Source of the DNA: Pirellulaceae bacterium
GTDB lineage: Bacteria; Planctomycetota; Planctomycetia; Pirellulales; Pirellulaceae
Length of the DNA stretch: 64,000 nucleotides
Reading direction: 5' to 3'
Assembly (NCBI GenBank): GCA_963781095.1
Contig: CAWAEA010000013.1
Coordinates: 79,081-143,080 of the forward strand
The position numbers and the translations under genes are program-made. The notes beneath the pieces are model-generated. The model was not told where the DNA came from. It searched no databases and worked only from the letters and a program-made list of their open reading frames with translations. Positions 59,511 to 64,000 of the stretch are shown in pieces. Positions within the stretch are counted from its first letter, which is position 1; each line of letters opens with the position of its first letter.

Positions 59511-59745
59511 TCAGACCGTTTCGGCGGCACTGAAATTGAAGTACTTATCGTTCCGTTTTCGCTCGACCCGTTGAACGACCGCTGCGCCGGAGTGGCCCAG
59601 GCGGGCGTCGGACGGATTGGGGAGATGGAGTTCAGACCATTGCATGAGTGATCGAATGACGTCGACGGCGAGCGGGTTTGTCCACAGCGGCCAGGACCAG
59701 AACGTTCCTTTCCTCCGAGTGAACTGGAAGCCGGTAGAACTGGCT
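59511..59745 (-). pseudogene. C-terminal fragment of a type I-G Cas8g (Csx17-like) large subunit
   Basis: TGF...FWSWPLWTNPLAVDVIRSL...G...VQRVER...KYFNFSAA resembles the C-terminus of Cas8g2 as recalled; no matching N-terminus. Confidence 0.6.
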
Positions 59746-59950
59746 GTGCTCGATCGAATCCGTTTCCTTTCCAGATATCTTCTTTCGAGTGCCTTCACTT
59801 CCGAGCGACGATACTCTCCCGAATTGGTTCATGAGGAGCGGATCTCTGAGCAGGCCGACCGTACTTGGATTCATGGACGTGGGGCGCGAACGGTTTTGCG
59901 GTTATAAGTAGTCTCCGAGTCGCCGCGTACGCGTTCCCGAAAAGCAGAGC

Positions 59951-61599
59951 ATGAACTGGCAGAAACGTTTGCTTCGAAAAGCGGATCAGCCGCAATTTTT
60001 GTGGTCCATGGTGACCCTGATTTTGCTGGGCGGACTGGTAGCCGGTGCGGTCGTTCAATTCATTCCGTTCACGTACCCGACGGATTCGGATTCCATCAAC
60101 GATGCGATCATGATGGGCTATCAAGCCGACGGTGAAGGCCAATCGGTTGCGAGAGTGTTGCAGAGTGACTTGCCTTTCGATTTCCGTCTGGTGGCACTGG
60201 CTCATCTTGCCACCGTTTCCTCGGCTCAGGAGTCTCCCGAATTGGGTCCCTTGAATTGGATTGATGCCGCCAATCCCGAACAGGAACTCGAGGACGCGAT
60301 GGCGGCCATGACTTCGACTCCGACCGAATCGGTTTTCGATACCGCGAGCGAGCCGAGCGAGTCTGAAATTGCGATGGAGTTGATCAACAGCATTGTGATG
60401 AGCGAGGTTTCTCCCAGGTTGGAAAAAATGGCAATGGATCGGCCTCCGGTACGGCATGCCAACCAGGCGATCGCGGCCTTTCATGTTAGCCTGCGTTCAC
60501 TCACCACCGCGGCGCGACACTTTGAGATCGAAGGGGAATTTCCCGATGCAAAAGTGGCCCGGCAATTTGCATCGATACCTACGCGCATGATCGCGATTCG
60601 GAATCGCTGGCACGATTGGCAGCGTTGCCCCAGTACCAGTCGTTGATCACGCCGAGTGAGACACTCGTCATTGCCCAGTCGAATCGCGATTGGCCGGCGA
60701 TCGTGAAAACCATTCCCAGGTTGATCTTCCAACGGTTCGAGCAGGGGTTTGCCACGGCGCTGGCGTTGATCGCGGGTTTGGGCTGGTTCATTTTGGCGGT
60801 GCGGATGGGACGCGCCGGTGAGGCGTCCAGCGCCGGAGTGTGGTTGTGTTTGATGGCGGTCGTCATGGGCGGGCTTAGCATCTGGGCGACCCACATGATC
60901 GACATCTGGCAAGAACTGGATTGGGGGATCGTCGAGAGCGACCAGACCGTCGAGGGAATCAAGTACTTTGTGCTGGGGGTTGGGCTACGCGAAGAGGCCG
61001 CTAAAACGCTGTTGTTGTTGCCGTTGATGCCTTGGATCATTCGTCGTGGCAGCCCGATCGAGGCGTTGATCGTTTCGGCGTGCGTGGGATTGGGTTTCGC
61101 GGTGGTTGAGAACATGGGCTACTTCGCACGTAGCGGCAGCACCGATTCGATGGGTCGGTTCTTGACCGCCAACTTTTTTCACATGGCGATGACCGGGTTG
61201 ATTGGCTTGGCGATCGCCCGCGCAATTTGGAAACAACATGACATCAGCCACGCGTTGCTGACGTTTCTCCTGGTCGTGTTGGCTCACGGATTCTACGATG
61301 CCACCATCGCGGTGCCGGCACTTGAAACCTTCAGCATGGCCGGCATGATCATTTTCATTCTGCTGTCGTACCAGTTTTTTCACGAGGTTCGTGGCGCCTA
61401 CAACCATCGCCCGCAAACGATCAGCTTGACAGCGATGTTTCTATTCATTGTATCGATGTTGACGGCGATCACGTTTGTGTACGTGAGTTGGCGGTTCGGT
61501 TTTGCGATCAGCGTCATGAAGTTATCGATCGATGTGCTCGGGTTGGGTGTGATGGTCTACATGTACCTGCGTGAAATGCCGAACTCGTTGTTACGTTGA
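59951..61599 (+). CDS. PrsW family intramembrane metalloprotease with N-terminal domain, frameshift near 60570-60620
   Basis: GLREEAAK, GLGFAVVENMGY, HMAMT, HGFYD. Confidence 0.88.
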
Positions 61600-61656
61600 C
61601 CGTTGTGTCAGCGAAGGGAACGAGCATCAAACCGACACGAGAGAAACAGGGTACGG

Positions 61657-62351
61657 ATGAGCGAAAAGAGTCTGGACGTGGGTCCCGGGAAAGACGCCCG
61701 GCACGTGGTGGGAGCCGACGGCAAAGTCTTGCGAGTGCCCGACGGTTGGGAATTGCTGCCTCCCGGCGACGCGGGGCTGACGCGCCGCGTCAAGGCCGCC
61801 GGTCCGAGTTGGACCGTCAAAGAAAAGAAGGGTCGCCGAACGTTTTCAAAGGGGGTCTGGGCCCCGGCGGTCAACATTGCCGACGCGAAGTCCACGCTCG
61901 ACAAAGAACGATCCACCGACGCCTACGCCAAACGCCGCCAATCCGATGCGGCCCGTCGCGACAAAAAGCAAACGGAGTATGTCGAAGACTTTTTTGGCGC
62001 GGTGGTCCAGTTTTTGAAGTTTCGCCCCGCCATCAAGGGCTGGCGGAAACACTCGCCAAGGCGGTCACCGATCACGCAACACCGGTGGGTAGCGGGACGG
62101 TGGCGCGGACCCAGCGAATTCCGATCGAGCGACGTGCCGAGTCCGCCGTGATCGCGTGGATGCGGCACCAAACGACCGCGTACGATCACATGAAGATCGC
62201 GCGAGTCAAAGGCAAACGACGCGAAGTTCGCCGGATGCTGGCCGAAGAGTCTCGTCGCTTGTTGATCAAGTATCGAGACGGCCAATCGGTCGACCCGCAA
62301 ACTTGTTTGCTGCAACGAGCACTCAATTCGCCGCTATCCTCGCCGACGTGA
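61657..62351 (+). CDS. DUF2293-like protein, frameshift near 62030
   Basis: WELLPPGDAGLTRRVK, then HATPVGSGTVART, AWMRHQTTAYD. Confidence 0.8.
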
Positions 62352-62355
62352 TCAC

Positions 62356-63186
62356 TTATGCCGCGACGCGACGTGACAGCGCGAGACGTGACGCTTCTTG
62401 CGCCATCACTTCGTCGGCGAGCGATTGGTAGTCGATCGCACCGTTGCTCTCGGGCGAGTACTGGAAGATCGATTGGCCGAAACTAGGTGCTTCGGCTAAG
62501 CGAATGTTGCGTCGCACGCGGGTATCGAAGAACTTTGCACCGCGAAAGAATTCTCGGCTGCATTGACTTGCTTCAAAGAATTCCTCGATGTCGCTGCTGA
62601 CTTCCGCCGCCAACCGCGTGTTCGAGTCGTACATGCACAGCATCACGCCGGACAAACGCAAATCGCTGTTCAAACGACGCGAGACCACTTCGATCGTGCG
62701 CAGCAATTTGCTCAAACCGTGCAATGCCAAGAAGTGGGGCTGAAGCGGCAGGAATACCTCACCGACGGCCACCAACGCGTTGACCGTCAACACACCCAGG
62801 CTTGGCGGGCAATCGAGGACGATGTAATCGAACTCTTCGTCATCGTCGTCCATTTTGTCGCGAAGGATCATTTCGCGTCCGACTTCGCCGGCCAGTTCGA
62901 GCTCGGCCGCGGCCAAGTCCAAGTTGGCTGGAACGACGGATAACGTGTCATTGACTTTGCGGCGAGCTTGCGAGAGCGAGGCTTCGCCACACAGCACTTC
63001 GTACATGCTCGGTTCGCCATCGATGGCGGTGATCCCGAGGTGCAAGGATGCGTGAGCTTGGGGGTCGAGGTCCATGATGCAGACCCGTCGTCCGGTCGCG
63101 GCCAGGGCGGCGGCCAAGTTCACGGAGCTGGTCGTCTTTCCGACGCCACCTTTTTGATTGATCACGGCTATGGATCGCATGTTCAT
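62356..63186 (-). CDS. ParA/Soj family ATPase
   Basis: [34 protein letters not shown]. Confidence 0.95.
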   Translation of the reverse strand: MNMRSIAVINQKGGVGKTTSSVNLAAALAATGRRVCIMDLDPQAHASLHLGITAIDGEPSMYEVLCGEASLSQARRKVNDTLSVVPANLDLAAAELELAGEVGREMILRDKMDDDDEEFDYIVLDCPPSLGVLTVNALVAVGEVFLPLQPHFLALHGLSKLLRTIEVVSRRLNSDLRLSGVMLCMYDSNTRLAAEVSSDIEEFFEASQCSREFFRGAKFFDTRVRRNIRLAEAPSFGQSIFQYSPESNGAIDYQSLADEVMAQEASRLALSRRVAA

Positions 63187-63251
63187 TCCTTTGATGTTGC
63201 GTTGGAAAAGGTGTGTTACCGCGGTGGTGACTTGTTAATGGGTGGCGTCGC

Positions 63252-63512
63252 TTAAGCGGCTGAACGTTGGGTCATTTGGCCGTACGCCAACAAGACCTCG
63301 TACAAATCCGAATCGATTCGAACGATGTCATCGGCGAAATCGTTCAACCATGCTCGATCGGCCCGCACCGCATCGATCAATAGCGGAACCATCTTGCCCA
63401 AGGGAATGGCAACCGTTTTCGCAGCAGCGGACCCGGTGATTCGATCAAGCTCTCGCTCACTTCGATCGGAGGCTGCCGAGGCTGGGAAAACTCTCAAGGA
63501 TGGTTTCGACAT
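63252..63512 (-). CDS. Hypothetical protein
   Basis: 86-aa ORF co-oriented with parA, protein-like composition. Confidence 0.65.
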   Translation of the reverse strand: MSKPSLRVFPASAASDRSERELDRITGSAAAKTVAIPLGKMVPLLIDAVRADRAWLNDFADDIVRIDSDLYEVLLAYGQMTQRSAA

Positions 63513-63848
63513 CAGTGGGGGATGCTCGTCAAAGTCGGAAGCGTTGCGTGGAAGGTCGCGAACTCAGAATCCATTCCGGGCTCACCCAAGGTATCGACTT
63601 TGTCGATTAGGAAGGTTGAACCGTTTCTTCATCTTTGTCTCAAGTTTTCGCATCGGCGGTTTCACGCCGTGTGGCGATCGCCGAGATGCCTCCACTCAAG
63701 CGGGGTCAAGTTCGAGACGCCTTTGTAAGCATGCTTCCCCGGACGCCGCGAGAGCGGTATTGAGCTGGATCGTGCTGAGCTGAAATCGGCGCTGCTGAAC
63801 TGGGCTTGACGCTGTTGAATGAGAGAGGTCTCGAGCAGCGACTGCAAA

Positions 63849-64000
63849 TCACGGTTCGCTATCCGATCGCATCGATTTTGCGAACTCGATCACGACTTGG
63901 CGCTCGGTCAACCGCGGATTGATGTGCGGTCGTGACTCCAGCAGCGTGGTTTGGGCTTGTTCCGCCGACATACCCTGGTACTTCATCAACCAACAAATCG
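63849..64000 (-). CDS. C-terminus of a dual-specificity phosphatase-like protein (partial)
   Basis: Own translation ICWLMKYQGMSAEQAQTTLLESRPHINPRL, typical of the helices after a CX5R motif. Confidence 0.65.
   Translation of the reverse strand, partial: ICWLMKYQGMSAEQAQTTLLESRPHINPRLTERQVVIEFAKSMRSDSEP

Noticed and set aside
63513-63848. Possible tRNA or ncRNA around GTTCGAG at ~63710
   Set aside because: No cloverleaf or acceptor stem could be formed; no tRNA or rRNA was recognised anywhere in the window

Overview
64-kb bacterial window whose gene content (DUF1549/1553 cytochromes, DUF1501, DUF1592/DUF1552 pair, sulfatase, Bat proteins) points to a Pirellulaceae-type planctomycete. It contains a type IV pilus/T2SS-like cluster (1-9451: ATPase, PilO/PilMN-like genes, three prepilins, divergent secretin and lipoprotein) and planctomycete-typical envelope and metabolic genes. 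Further right are an imuA-imuB cassette behind a CTGT-N8-ACAG palindrome, a CsrA-receiver fusion overlapping a hybrid kinase, and recQ. An accessory segment (about 56311-59950) looks like a decayed type I-G CRISPR-Cas locus: cas8g and cas1 fragments, a leader and one repeat, with Uma2 and an AAA ATPase between them. About nine genes are frameshifted, probably by assembly indel errors, so pseudogene calls are tentative. All family calls come from motif recognition by eye; no searches were run.
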